Positions 6,681 through 16,710 of a DNA stretch of 37,156 bases are shown piece after piece. Position 1 is the first letter of the stretch. Every line of letters starts with the position of its first letter. Where the stretch lies: positions 1 to 37,156 of IMG/VR virus record IMGVR_UViG_3300047550_001473. The stretch is one strand, 5' to 3'. This DNA is from a virus (Duplodnaviria > Caudoviricetes). A model generated the notes under the pieces. The model made no database searches and was not told where the DNA came from. It saw only the letters and a list, made by a program, of their open reading frames with translations. The position numbers and the translations under genes are program-made.

Positions 6681-8080
6681 GCAAGGCTTCTGCTGACGCG
6701 AAAGAGTTTGAGGATTTCATTCGGCTGTATCGCAATGATCCGGTCAAATTTGTCCGCGTTGTGCTACGAGAGACACCGTTAAAGTGGCAAGAGGAACTGT
6801 TGCGGAAGATCGCGGCAGGGAAGCGGCGCATCTCTGTGCGCGCGGGTCACGGTGTCGGTAAAAGTACTGTGTGTTCGTGGGCCATTGTCTGGGTCATGTG
6901 CACGCGGTTCCCACAGAAATGCGTAATGACCGCGCCTACAGCGGGGCAGTTGTTCGATGCGTTGTTCTCTGAACTGAAAGCGCAAGTGAACAAGCTGCCT
7001 CCTGTATTGCGCGACTCATTCGATGTGCTGAGTGACAGGATTAGCTTGAAGGCAGCGCCAGAGTCGAGCTTTGCATCAGCGCGTACCTCGTCCTCAGAGC
7101 GACCAGAAGCACTTGCCGGTATTCACTCAGAGAATGTGTTGCTGATTGTGGACGAGGCATCAGCAGTGCCAGAGCCTGTGTTTGAGGCAGCGGCAGGGTC
7201 GATGTCTGGTCACAGCGCGTGTACAATTCTCATTGGTAACCCGACGCGTAATAGCGGCTTGTTTTACCGGACGCACCATGAGTTGTCCTCTGACTGGGAC
7301 ACAATGCACGTCTCGTGTCTCGATATTCCATTGGTGTCGAAGGACTTCGTTGAGCAGATCAAGGCAACCTATGGCGAGGGCAGCAATGCGTATCGTATCC
7401 GCGTACTGGGAGAATTTGCTGTTGCTGATAATGATACTCTTATTGCGGCAGAGCTAGTTGATGCGGCAATGGGGAGAGATGTGCCGGTCGATGTGTCAGA
7501 CGGGATGATCTACGGGTTAGACGTTGCGCGGTTTGGCACCGACAGATCTGCTCTGTGCAAGCGGAAGGGCAATGTCGTGATGGAGGTCAAGTCATGGGGC
7601 GGCCTCGATCTGATGCAGCTCGTCGGGGCTGTTGTGAACGAGGCGCGCACGGATAACCCGGTCGAGATCTGCGTAGACACGATTGGTCTTGGTTCTGGGG
7701 TTGCGGATCGGCTGCGCGAGATGGGGTACAATGTCAGGGATGTGAACGTCGCTGAAGCGTCTGCCATGAACCCGAACGCGAACAAGTTGCGCGATGAGCT
7801 GTGGCTTGCGGTGAAGGATTGGCTTGCGACCCGTACAGTGAAGATCCCCGCTGAGTCGGCGTTACGGCATGAGCTTGTGGCCCCGCGTTATGGTTTTACG
7901 TCTTCTGGCAAGATTGTGGTAGAGTCGAAGGACTCGATGAAGAAACGCGGTATGCGGTCACCGGATTTGGCCGACTCTTTGTGTCTGACCTTTGCCGGCA
8001 ATGCGGCACTGGTTGGCGGAAGAGCGACACCTTGGGTAAAAGGAAGACCTATTAAGCGTGCTATTAAAGGTATTGTGTGA
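6677..8080 (+). CDS. terL: Terminase large subunit
   Basis: Walker A GHGVGKS, Walker B LIVDEA, GNPTR, nuclease GLDVARFG.D and SPDLAD. Confidence 0.97.
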   Translation: MSKASADAKEFEDFIRLYRNDPVKFVRVVLRETPLKWQEELLRKIAAGKRRISVRAGHGVGKSTVCSWAIVWVMCTRFPQKCVMTAPTAGQLFDALFSELKAQVNKLPPVLRDSFDVLSDRISLKAAPESSFASARTSSSERPEALAGIHSENVLLIVDEASAVPEPVFEAAAGSMSGHSACTILIGNPTRNSGLFYRTHHELSSDWDTMHVSCLDIPLVSKDFVEQIKATYGEGSNAYRIRVLGEFAVADNDTLIAAELVDAAMGRDVPVDVSDGMIYGLDVARFGTDRSALCKRKGNVVMEVKSWGGLDLMQLVGAVVNEARTDNPVEICVDTIGLGSGVADRLREMGYNVRDVNVAEASAMNPNANKLRDELWLAVKDWLATRTVKIPAESALRHELVAPRYGFTSSGKIVVESKDSMKKRGMRSPDLADSLCLTFAGNAALVGGRATPWVKGRPIKRAIKGIV

Positions 8081-8349
8081 TTTCCGAGGTACAGGAGTTT
8101 CGGATGGAACATTTACTTCTAGCATCAGTCATATTCGCCTCGCCGCACTTTTGCCGCGAACGGGAAGCGATAGCCGCAGGTCTTTTGAGTGAATACCACG
8201 AGGAAGCGCAGCCGCCCATTATGGTAGACAATAAGCTGGCGCTTCAGTTTTACCGTGGTCCTAAGAGCTGGACACTGACTTCTGTAGAGCCTGATGGCCG
8301 CACATGTGTTATAGCAGCCGGTGAAGGTTGGAATTTGGATAAGTCGTAA
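8077..8349 (+). CDS. Hypothetical protein, possible signal peptide
   Basis: ORF after terL with a hydrophobic N-terminus and a Cys pair. Confidence 0.6.
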   Translation: MISEVQEFRMEHLLLASVIFASPHFCREREAIAAGLLSEYHEEAQPPIMVDNKLALQFYRGPKSWTLTSVEPDGRTCVIAAGEGWNLDKS

Positions 8350-8360
8350 GGGTTTATGTG

Positions 8361-8660
8361 ATGGCGAAAAGTCCAGCGTGGCAGCGTAAAGAGGGGAAGA
8401 ACCCCGCAGGTGGGTTGAACGCGAAGGGTCGCGCTTCAGCGAAGGCTCAAGGGATGAACCTGAAGCCGCCGGTAAAGTCAGGCGATAATCCTCGCCGTGC
8501 ATCGTTCCTCGCTCGCATGGCAGGCATGCCAGGGCCGGAGCGTGACGAGAATGGCAAGCCAACGCGATTATTGTTGTCGCTTAAGGCATGGGGCGCATCG
8601 TCGAAGGCTGACGCGAAAGCGAAGGCAAAAGCAATTTCTGCACGGAACAAGGGGAAGTGA
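8361..8660 (+). CDS. Small basic phage protein (DUF6321-like)
   Basis: AWQRKEGKNP.GGLNAKGRAS...RRASF.ARM. Confidence 0.8.
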   Translation: MAKSPAWQRKEGKNPAGGLNAKGRASAKAQGMNLKPPVKSGDNPRRASFLARMAGMPGPERDENGKPTRLLLSLKAWGASSKADAKAKAKAISARNKGK

Positions 8661-8661
8661 T

Positions 8662-8823
8662 ATGAAGAAGGTATGGGAAACGAAAGACCCGACGAAGAAA
8701 GACAAGAAGCTATCGCCTAAGCAGAAGGCTTCCGCTAAAGCTATGGCGAAAGCGGCAGGGCGACCCTACCCGAATTTGGTAGACAATATGCGTGCAGCGC
8801 GAAAGGCGAAGAAAAATGGTTGA
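8662..8823 (+). CDS. Small Lys-rich protein
   Basis: KLSPKQKASAKAMAKAAGRPYPNLVDN; ATG at 8662. Confidence 0.75.
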   Translation: MKKVWETKDPTKKDKKLSPKQKASAKAMAKAAGRPYPNLVDNMRAARKAKKNG

Positions 8824-9298
8824 AGCATGTCCGGTCGCCACGCGCGACATCACAGTGAACTTACAGAATCGCGGTAAAGCGATTGATAAGGCGCATTACG
8901 GTCCAATGGACCCCAACCAGCCGAACGACCGCTACTGGGCGCAGAAAGCCAAGATGTGGGACGTATCACCGGATGAGGCGAAGACGCAGCGTTGCGGGAA
9001 CTGCGCGGCATTTGTCCAGACAACCGCGATGATGAAGTGCATCGAGGAAGGGATCGCCGGTAAAGAGGGAAGCCAGCAGGATGCGATGGATACTATTGAT
9101 GCAGGCGATCTTGGGTTTTGCGATTTTTTTGACTTTAAGTGTGCTGCGGCAAGAACTTGCGATGCTTGGGTTGTTGGTGGTCCAATCACTGATGAGTCTG
9201 ACGAGGAAGGTGAAGAGGAAGAGTACGAAGAGAGCGAAGAGGACGAGTACGGTCCTATGGCTGAAGGGGCAGGTTTGCTTGAGGGTACATTGAAATGA
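8816..9298 (+). CDS. Conserved Cys-containing phage protein with acidic tail
   Basis: CP.AT.D...N, CGNCAAF, G.C..FDFKCA..RTCDAW. Confidence 0.8.
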   Translation: MVEACPVATRDITVNLQNRGKAIDKAHYGPMDPNQPNDRYWAQKAKMWDVSPDEAKTQRCGNCAAFVQTTAMMKCIEEGIAGKEGSQQDAMDTIDAGDLGFCDFFDFKCAAARTCDAWVVGGPITDESDEEGEEEEYEESEEDEYGPMAEGAGLLEGTLK

Positions 9299-9837
9299 AT
9301 GTAACCGAAGTTGAGATATGGAGAGACATTCCTAATTTTATTGGTTTATACCAAGCAAGTAATTTAGGAAGAATTAGAGTAAGCCCAGAATCTCCACGAA
9401 TTAAGGGTCCAAGCTACCCAGGAAAGGTTCTAAAGCCAATAGAAAGAAAATATGGTTATCTTTGTATTAGCTTAATTTCTGAAGATGGAAAGCGAACAGG
9501 TCATACGGTAAATCGTCTTGTTGCGCTTGCATTCTTTGGCGAACCACCAAATTGTAAATATCAAGCTGCTCATCTTGATGGATCAAAGAAAAACAACAAT
9601 ATCAAAAACTTAGTGTGGGCGACGAGCAAGGAAAACTGCGCTCATAAAATTATTCATGGAACGGCTGGCATTGGAATAAAAAATGGTCGGTCGAAGGTTA
9701 ATGAAGAAATTGTAAGGGAAATTAGACAAAAAGTGTCGGCAGGTATGTCAAGGTTATCTGTTTCTAAGCAATTTAATATCAGTAATGTGCAAGTAGCAAA
9801 CATTGCAGATAGAATTAGTTGGAAACACGTTGCATGA
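9295..9837 (+). CDS. NUMOD4-HNH homing endonuclease
   Basis: EIWRDIP...YQASNLGR (NUMOD4), RLVA.AF, HLDG.K.NN..NL.W; AT-richer than flanks. Confidence 0.9.
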   Translation: MNVTEVEIWRDIPNFIGLYQASNLGRIRVSPESPRIKGPSYPGKVLKPIERKYGYLCISLISEDGKRTGHTVNRLVALAFFGEPPNCKYQAAHLDGSKKNNNIKNLVWATSKENCAHKIIHGTAGIGIKNGRSKVNEEIVREIRQKVSAGMSRLSVSKQFNISNVQVANIADRISWKHVA

Positions 9838-10451
9838 ACTTAGCGATCTGTATACCGGCTAGAGATGAGGTCTATGCCGGTTTTGCCAAAGATCTGGCAG
9901 TCCTGTCAGCTCAAACCTATGCCTCACCAGAATGGTCGAAATTGGATATACTTATGGTAAGCGGCACTCTGATTGCCGACCAACGGATGAAGTTGGCGCG
10001 CATGGCATTAGAAGGTGGCGCAGACTATTTGTTGTTTCTTGACAGTGACATGCGTTTCCCAGCTAATGCTGTGCATCAACTACTGAAGCACGGTTTGCCG
10101 ATTGTGGCAGCGAATTACGCAACACGGCGACTTCCGGTCAAAACTGTGGCGTTCAAGAATTTCCAGAAGCTCGAATATGTAACATCTGGTGTTGAATCTA
10201 CAGGGTTAGAGGAAGTTGACGCTGTAGGGATGGGGTGCATGTTGGTGAAGGCTGATGTGTTCCGCGCCATGCCGATGCCGTGGTTCCAGATTGGGTACTC
10301 GCCCGATTGGAAGGCGTTTATCGGTGAGGACATGTACTTCTGCCGCGAGGCTCAGAAGGCAGGGTTCAAGGTCTACATTGACCATGATCTCAGCAAACAG
10401 GTAAGACATATAGGTGTGCTTGAGTTCATGCACGAACACGTTGATCTTTAA
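9834..10451 (+). CDS. Glycosyltransferase family 2-like protein
   Basis: LFLDSDM (DxD), GMGCML, GEDMYFC, GFKVY.D. Confidence 0.8.
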   Translation: MNLAICIPARDEVYAGFAKDLAVLSAQTYASPEWSKLDILMVSGTLIADQRMKLARMALEGGADYLLFLDSDMRFPANAVHQLLKHGLPIVAANYATRRLPVKTVAFKNFQKLEYVTSGVESTGLEEVDAVGMGCMLVKADVFRAMPMPWFQIGYSPDWKAFIGEDMYFCREAQKAGFKVYIDHDLSKQVRHIGVLEFMHEHVDL

Positions 10452-10463
10452 GGAGTATCTGCG

Positions 10464-10637
10464 ATGAAGGGTAAGGGTTCAGCTAAAATAGCTAAGGTGA
10501 TGGGCGAATATAAACGCGGCAAACTTCACGCAGGCGTTAATCCGAAAGGCCCGAAGAAGGCACCGCTGGCAAAGAGCCGCAAGCAGGCCATCGCGATTGC
10601 ACTCTCAGAAGCGGGTATGACAAAGAAGTCAAAATGA
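10464..10637 (+). CDS. 57-aa basic protein (DUF6496-like), absent from the ORF track
   Basis: AAGGAG RBS; MKGKGSAKIAKVMGEYKRGKLH...SRKQAIAIALSEAG; ATGA overlap with next gene. Confidence 0.8.
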   Translation: MKGKGSAKIAKVMGEYKRGKLHAGVNPKGPKKAPLAKSRKQAIAIALSEAGMTKKSK

Positions 10638-11188
10638 ACCACTTTTTTGATGACATCCAAGGCTGGTTCAACTTCACAAGACCGTATCGCGATGCGGTGC
10701 TAGCGGCACCCAAAAGTGGTGCGGTATTTGTGGAGATCGGCTGCTGGAAGGGCAGATCGTCTGCGTTTCTGGGTGTCGAAATCGTCAACTCTGGCAAAGA
10801 CATACAGTTATACTGCGTCGATCACTGGAAGGGATCTGACCAAGTCCACAAAGATGACCCGGAGCTGAAGTCTGTGTACTCAATCTTCAAAGCAAACATG
10901 AAGAAGATCGAAGGGTTAAAGATGACACCTATTCGGTCTGACAGTGCCGGTGCCGCTTCCAAGTTTGAGGATGGCTCTGTCGATTTTGTGTGGATCGATG
11001 CCGGTCACGAGTACGAGGAAGTGAAAGCCGACATCGAGGCATGGATGCCGAAGCTGAAACGGGGCGGAGTCATGGGAGGTGACGATTACCCGTTCGATGG
11101 TGTATCTAAGGCTGTGAAAGAATTACTGCCCAAGCACGAGGTAGGCTCAGAGAGCGGCTGGAAGTGGTGGCGCGTTAGAAAGGTCTAA
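10634..11188 (+). CDS. Class I SAM-dependent methyltransferase (Methyltransf_24-like)
   Basis: VEIGCWKGRS, DFVWIDAGH.YE.V..D, GG...GDDY. Confidence 0.9.
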   Translation: MNHFFDDIQGWFNFTRPYRDAVLAAPKSGAVFVEIGCWKGRSSAFLGVEIVNSGKDIQLYCVDHWKGSDQVHKDDPELKSVYSIFKANMKKIEGLKMTPIRSDSAGAASKFEDGSVDFVWIDAGHEYEEVKADIEAWMPKLKRGGVMGGDDYPFDGVSKAVKELLPKHEVGSESGWKWWRVRKV

Positions 11189-11191
11189 GAT

Positions 11192-13432
11192 ATGGCGATT
11201 TCAGGATATGACCCCGACAACATTCCGGTATCCGTCTCAGCACCGCGTGCTTATGACGATGAAACGGGCATCCTGACACCAGGCATCAATGACCAGCCGA
11301 TGGACGAGGAAGAGTTCCGCTCTCGCGTTCGTCAGGCGATTGAAGACGCAGCAGTTTATATCGATACCTATATCGCGCCAGAGCGCGAGAATGCGATGTC
11401 CTATTATCTGGGCAACTCGTTTGGCGACGAGGAACAGGGACGCTCTCAGGTCGTTATGACAGAAGTGCGCGATACTGTTCTCGCAATGCTCCCATCGTTG
11501 CTCCGTATCTTTACGGGTGGCGACAAGATCCTAGAGTTCGTACCGAAGACCGCTGAAGATGTCGAAGTCGCTGAACAGATGACCGACTTCATCAACTACA
11601 TCTTCATGCAGGAGAACCCAGGCTTCCGCATTCTCCATGACGCGATGAAAGATGCGCTTATCCTGAAAGAGGGTGTGCTCACTTGGTATAAGCAGGACAA
11701 AGAGACAGTCGAAGAGTATTCGTATTCCGGTCTGTCTCAAGAAGAAGCAGCACTGATTGCGCAAGACCCGCAAGTGACTGTTCTTGAGTTGCAGGAAGAG
11801 CAAATCTTTACGGCGCAAACGAATGTCGTGACGATGTCGCCAGACATGAACATGACACCGCGTGTCTTCTCGATGCGCGTGAAGCGCGTCATCCGCGAGC
11901 CTCGCTATATCGTTGAATGTATTCCGGTTGAGCAATTCTTGATCGACAATCAGGCAACGAGCATTGATGACGCTTTGATCGCCGGTCGGCGCAAGCTCGC
12001 AACAGTGTCTGAGTTGGTCGCGATGGGCTACGATAAAGACATTGTTGAGATGAATGCTGGCTCAGGTGGGTTTGAGCTGAATATGGAAACACTGGTTCGT
12101 AATCCTGCTGACCAGTCGTTCTTTGGGGTGGCAAATGGAAACGACGAAAGCACAGATAAAGTCTACTACGTTGAAGCCTATATCCGCATCGACAAAGATG
12201 GCGACGGTATCGCCGAACTGCATAAAGTCTGCACAGTCGGCAATGGTGGTTACATCGTCCACCAAGAAATAGTCACAGAAATACCATTTGCTACGCTGTC
12301 TCCAGATCCTACACCGCATACGATTTTCGGTAAGTCGATTGCAGACCAGACAATGGACCTGCAACTGATCAAGTCGAACATCATGCGTAACACGCTTGAC
12401 TCATTGGTCCAGTCAATACACCCGCGCACGGGTTTCGTTGAGGGTCAGGTCAACGTAGACGATTTGATGAACAACGAGACAGGTGCGCTTATCCGTATGC
12501 GTTCGCCTGGTGCGATTGTCCCATTTGCAACACCGTTTGTCGGTCAACCGGCTCTTGGTGTCATGGGCTATCTCGATGAGATCAAGACGCAGCGCACAGG
12601 TATCTCGCGCGCTTCGCAGGGTTTGGATGCAGAAGCACTTCAGTCTACGACCCGCGCAGCAGTGCAGGCACAGTTGTCCTCGTCGCAAGAGCGCATCGAG
12701 ATGATCGCTCGTCTCTTTGGTGATGGCTTGAAGCGTTGCTTTAAGGGATTGCTGCATCTCGTTGTACAGCATCAGGATAAGCCGAAGATCATCCGTCTTC
12801 GTAACAAGTTTGTGCCCATCGATCCGCGCGGTTGGACTGCCGACATGGACATGGTTGTCAACATTGCCTTGGGCCGTGGCTCAGATGAGCAACGCATGAT
12901 TTTCTTGCAGCAGATCGCCGCGAAGCAAGAGCAGATCCTTCAGCAATATGGACCGAATAACCCGATGGTCTCGATCCAGCAGTATGTCTCGACGCTGAAC
13001 CAGATAACCCAGTTGGCTGGCTTCCAGAATCCATCGCAGTTCTACTCAGAGCCTACCCAAGAGCAGATGCAGCAATTTATGCAGTCAATGGCTCCAGAGA
13101 AAAAGCAAGACCCAGCCGAGATGCTGGCACAGGTCGAGGCAGAGAAGACCCGCGCCGACATTCTCATCGCTGCCGCAAAGCAGGAACTCGAAACCAAAAA
13201 GGCGCAGGCAGACGCAGATCTGAAGCGCGATCAACTCATCGCCGATGTGATGCTCCGTGCAGCCGAGATTCAGGCCAAGTATGGCGCACAGGTCGATGTG
13301 GCAAGCATCAACGCAGAGGTAAACCGGCAGCGCGCCGAGATCGAGGCCATGTTCTCGATCCAGTCACAGCGTGAGCAGGCCATGATGCAGACACAGATGC
13401 AGCAGCCCATGATGCCGCCAGGGATGATGTAA
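11192..13432 (+). CDS. Portal protein (P22-like)
   Basis: 746 aa; GRSQVV, DKDGDGIAEL, Q-rich C-terminal barrel; lies after terL and before the scaffold. Confidence 0.93.
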   Translation: MAISGYDPDNIPVSVSAPRAYDDETGILTPGINDQPMDEEEFRSRVRQAIEDAAVYIDTYIAPERENAMSYYLGNSFGDEEQGRSQVVMTEVRDTVLAMLPSLLRIFTGGDKILEFVPKTAEDVEVAEQMTDFINYIFMQENPGFRILHDAMKDALILKEGVLTWYKQDKETVEEYSYSGLSQEEAALIAQDPQVTVLELQEEQIFTAQTNVVTMSPDMNMTPRVFSMRVKRVIREPRYIVECIPVEQFLIDNQATSIDDALIAGRRKLATVSELVAMGYDKDIVEMNAGSGGFELNMETLVRNPADQSFFGVANGNDESTDKVYYVEAYIRIDKDGDGIAELHKVCTVGNGGYIVHQEIVTEIPFATLSPDPTPHTIFGKSIADQTMDLQLIKSNIMRNTLDSLVQSIHPRTGFVEGQVNVDDLMNNETGALIRMRSPGAIVPFATPFVGQPALGVMGYLDEIKTQRTGISRASQGLDAEALQSTTRAAVQAQLSSSQERIEMIARLFGDGLKRCFKGLLHLVVQHQDKPKIIRLRNKFVPIDPRGWTADMDMVVNIALGRGSDEQRMIFLQQIAAKQEQILQQYGPNNPMVSIQQYVSTLNQITQLAGFQNPSQFYSEPTQEQMQQFMQSMAPEKKQDPAEMLAQVEAEKTRADILIAAAKQELETKKAQADADLKRDQLIADVMLRAAEIQAKYGAQVDVASINAEVNRQRAEIEAMFSIQSQREQAMMQTQMQQPMMPPGMM

Positions 13433-13677
13433 TGGAAGATCAAGATCTCTTCCGCGCTGCACAAGCGCTCAAGAACAGCATTGCGACGAAGGCTCTCTTT
13501 AACGCCTTGCGGGATAAGTACACCCAGATCTGGTTGTCCTCTGACCCGAAAGACGTTGATGTCAGGAATGACGCGTATCACATGATGCGTGCCATCGCAG
13601 ATCTACAGGGGCAGATCGACGCTCTCGCCGGTACCCCAGATGTAGTCGCGTTTAACCGCCGCTTGAAGGGGCGATAG
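13432..13677 (+). CDS. Small head-module hypothetical protein
   Basis: TAATG coupling between portal and scaffold. Confidence 0.75.
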   Translation: MEDQDLFRAAQALKNSIATKALFNALRDKYTQIWLSSDPKDVDVRNDAYHMMRAIADLQGQIDALAGTPDVVAFNRRLKGR

Positions 13678-13692
13678 AATAGGAGTATTTAC

Positions 13693-14721
13693 ATGAGCAA
13701 TCAGGCCGAGCAGTCGCAGACCCGCGAAATCGGCGTTTCAGAAGCTGCAACTCGTATGGCGGCGTTACTGGGAGGCGATGAGCCGAAGCCCAACACGCAA
13801 CCGGAGCCAGCTCCTGCCGAGGCATTAGAGGCCGAGGCGACGGCAGATGAGGTCAACGAGACCCCAGTGCAAGAAGATGGTCACGCTGTTGAGGCGGCTG
13901 ACGGCACTGAGGAGACCACAGATGTCGTGGACGAAGAAGGTAGTGCGGTTGAGAATCTCTCACCGGAAACCCTCGTAACCGTCAAGATTGACGGCAAGAC
14001 GCAGGAGATTCCGCTTAAAGAGGCTCTCGAAGGCTATCAACGGCAGTCCGATTATTCGCGCAGGATGAACGAACTCCGTCAGGAGAAAGCGTCATTCGAG
14101 CAAGAATTTGAGGCAGTTAGAACGGAACGCCAGCAATACGCGACCCTGATCAACGCGCTTGATGCACAACTCAAAGAGATGATGCCGCAAGAGCCAGATT
14201 GGGAACGGTTGCACAAGGAAGACCCGCTCAACTTTCCTCTGGTCGAAAAACAGTGGCGTGATTACCAAGCACGCCTAGCTGCGACGCAAGCCGAAAAGGA
14301 ACGTCTCAGCTATTTGCAGCAGAAGGAAGAGCAAGATCGGTTGAAGACCATTGTGGATCAAGGTCGCCAGTATTTGGTGAAGCAGGTTCCAGAGTGGAAT
14401 GATCCGAACAAGTGGAACGAGGCGCGTTCTCGTCTGAAGGAGTACGGTCAGAAGGTTGGCTACTCCGAAGACGAACTCGCACAGGCCTATGATCCACGAG
14501 CAATTCTTGTTCTTGAGAAGGCGAGAAAGTACGACGAACTAATAGCTAAGAGACCACAGCCTGATAAGAAGGAAGGTCCGAAGCCGTTACGTTCTGGTAC
14601 GCCTGCATCTGCTCCGAAACAACAGACCGAAGTTACCCGCGCGAAAATGCGTCTCAGTAAAACCGGTAGCGTCGATGACGCTGCTAGACTCTTTGGCCTT
14701 ATGGAAAGCAGGAGACGATAA
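13693..14721 (+). CDS. Capsid scaffolding protein
   Basis: Acidic N-terminus, VKIDG...L.E...GYQRQSDYSR, coiled coil; AGGAG RBS. Confidence 0.88.
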   Translation: MSNQAEQSQTREIGVSEAATRMAALLGGDEPKPNTQPEPAPAEALEAEATADEVNETPVQEDGHAVEAADGTEETTDVVDEEGSAVENLSPETLVTVKIDGKTQEIPLKEALEGYQRQSDYSRRMNELRQEKASFEQEFEAVRTERQQYATLINALDAQLKEMMPQEPDWERLHKEDPLNFPLVEKQWRDYQARLAATQAEKERLSYLQQKEEQDRLKTIVDQGRQYLVKQVPEWNDPNKWNEARSRLKEYGQKVGYSEDELAQAYDPRAILVLEKARKYDELIAKRPQPDKKEGPKPLRSGTPASAPKQQTEVTRAKMRLSKTGSVDDAARLFGLMESRRR

Positions 14722-15701
14722 TGACTTCCGTAGCAAATGTGAAAACCTATAACGCTGTAAACGAACAGCGCGAAGACCTCTCGAATATCATCTATGACAT
14801 CAGCCCGACCTCGACCCCGTTCATGTCGAACGTAGGCCGTGACACGGCAGACAACACCTACTTTGAGTGGCAAACTGACTCGTTAGCAGCTGCAAACGGT
14901 AGTAATGCTTTAATTGAAGGCGCAGATGCCGGTAACCAAGACTTCACCGACACGAACCGTGTTGCGAACTACACGCAGATCAGCGGCAAGGTCGTTGCAG
15001 TTTCTGGCACGGCGCAGGCTGTTAACATGGCCGGTATGCGTACGCTTTTGGCTTACAACCAAGCCAAAGCTGCGAAGGAACTCAAGCGCGACATGGAAAA
15101 GATCCTCTTGTCGAACCAAGCTGCTTCAGCTGGCAACAGCTCAACGGCTCGCTACACCGCTGGTGTTCCTGCTTGGTTGATCACGAACTCTGTCGCGAAC
15201 GGTGCAACCGCTCCGACGCTTTCGTCTTCACCGAACGGCTACCCGAACGCTGCTTGGACGAACCTCTCGACATCGACAGACGTTGCCTTCACTGAAACCA
15301 TGCTCAAGACGGCAATTCAGAACGTCTGGTCACAGGGCGGCGAAGCGAAGATCCTCATGACCGGTCCTTACAACAAGACCGTCGCATCTGGCTTTGCTGG
15401 TATTGCTCAACAGCGCATCACCTACAATCAGGTGCAGCCTGCTGGCATTATCGCTACCGCTGACGTGTATCTCAGTGATTTCGGCGAAGTGTCTATGGTC
15501 CCGAACCGCTTTGCTGACGAGCGTTTCGCGCTCGTTCTCGACCCAGAATACGCATCTGTTGCGTATCTCCGTCCCTTCGAAACAATCGACATCGCTGCAA
15601 CTGGCGACTCGATGAAGAAGGAACTCGTCGTTGAGTACGGTCTCCGCATGAAGGCTGAAAAAGCCCATGCAGCGATTGCAAACCTCACGACCTCTGCCTG
15701 A
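14721..15701 (+). CDS. Major capsid protein (DUF5309-like)
   Basis: REDLS.IIY.ISP..TPF, EWQTDSL, NYTQI, KELKRDME, YLRPF. Confidence 0.93.
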   Translation: MTSVANVKTYNAVNEQREDLSNIIYDISPTSTPFMSNVGRDTADNTYFEWQTDSLAAANGSNALIEGADAGNQDFTDTNRVANYTQISGKVVAVSGTAQAVNMAGMRTLLAYNQAKAAKELKRDMEKILLSNQAASAGNSSTARYTAGVPAWLITNSVANGATAPTLSSSPNGYPNAAWTNLSTSTDVAFTETMLKTAIQNVWSQGGEAKILMTGPYNKTVASGFAGIAQQRITYNQVQPAGIIATADVYLSDFGEVSMVPNRFADERFALVLDPEYASVAYLRPFETIDIAATGDSMKKELVVEYGLRMKAEKAHAAIANLTTSA

Positions 15702-15707
15702 TAATAG

Positions 15708-15737
15708 AGAGGGGCGGTACGCCGCCCCTCTTTTCTC
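15708..15737 (+). terminator. Intrinsic terminator after capsid gene
   Basis: agaggggcgg-TACG-ccgcccctct followed by a T-rich tail. Confidence 0.85.
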
Positions 15738-15749
15738 TTGGGGAGCACC

Positions 15750-16079
15750 ATGAGCGATAAAGATTACGCACCTGGCGAGTTCACACTTGGTTATGACGGG
15801 TTCACCGGAACTCTCACCAAGATGAAAGTCGAACATGATGGCACGATGCACTTCATTGATACGACTGACATTTCAGACGTGGCGAAATTCAATCAGGAAG
15901 AGATGAACGGTGTTTCACGGACGACCAGATCTGGAGATATGGTTAGAGTGGCTCGTCTTCCTATGCTTGTTTTGTTGCAGCTTAAGGAGCGTGGTATTCT
16001 TCACGACAAGACTGCATTGAAACGCTGGCTTAATACCGAAGAAGCGCGACCATACCGGACGCACCATTACACGAGTTGA
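15750..16079 (+). CDS. Conserved head-region hypothetical protein
   Basis: GGGAG RBS; VARLP...KRWLN motif. Confidence 0.75.
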   Translation: MSDKDYAPGEFTLGYDGFTGTLTKMKVEHDGTMHFIDTTDISDVAKFNQEEMNGVSRTTRSGDMVRVARLPMLVLLQLKERGILHDKTALKRWLNTEEARPYRTHHYTS

Positions 16080-16081
16080 CG

Positions 16082-16699
16082 ATGACAATTACGAGTTACG
16101 CCACACTCCAGTCCGAAATTGCGTCATGGCTTAACCGCAGTGACCTGACCGCGATCATCCCGACATTCATTCAGTTTGTCGAGGCGGATGTTAACAGCCG
16201 TTTACGCCACCAGAAGATGGTTGTGCGTGCTCAGGCTACGAGCAACCAAGAATATGTCCAGCTGCCCAGCGACTGGCTTGAGGCGATCAACATCCATATC
16301 ATCGATGGTGCGCAGCCACTGAGTTATGTCACACTTGATCAGGCAGACCGGATCAACAAGCAGCAGATTGTCACACAGCCGTCCTTCTACTCGATCATGG
16401 ATGATGCGCTTGAGATTGTCCCTGCACCGGCTGACGACATCGACATCGAGATGATCTATTACGGTAAAATACCGGCTTTAAGCGATACGAACACATCGAA
16501 CTGGCTTCTCGTAAAAGCGCCAGATCTGTATCTTTACGGGTCACTTGTACACGCATCTCCATATCTCTTGGATGATCAGCGTCTAGGTATGTTCGCAAGC
16601 ATGTATAATTCGCGTCTTGATTCACTATCACTTGAGAGTGACAAGGCATTACACAGTGGTGGTCCCTTAGTCGCTCGTACGCGCAAGACATACGGATAA
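16082..16699 (+). CDS. Head-tail adaptor protein
   Basis: Y..L...IA.WLNR.DL...IP.FI...EA, LPSDWLE, NWLL..APDLYLYGSL. Confidence 0.8.
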   Translation: MTITSYATLQSEIASWLNRSDLTAIIPTFIQFVEADVNSRLRHQKMVVRAQATSNQEYVQLPSDWLEAINIHIIDGAQPLSYVTLDQADRINKQQIVTQPSFYSIMDDALEIVPAPADDIDIEMIYYGKIPALSDTNTSNWLLVKAPDLYLYGSLVHASPYLLDDQRLGMFASMYNSRLDSLSLESDKALHSGGPLVARTRKTYG

Positions 16700-16710
16700 G
16701 GAGTTAAGAT

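Noticed and set aside
10634-11188. DNA methyltransferase
   Set aside because: Lacks N6/N4 (DPPY-type) and C5 (PC) catalytic motifs
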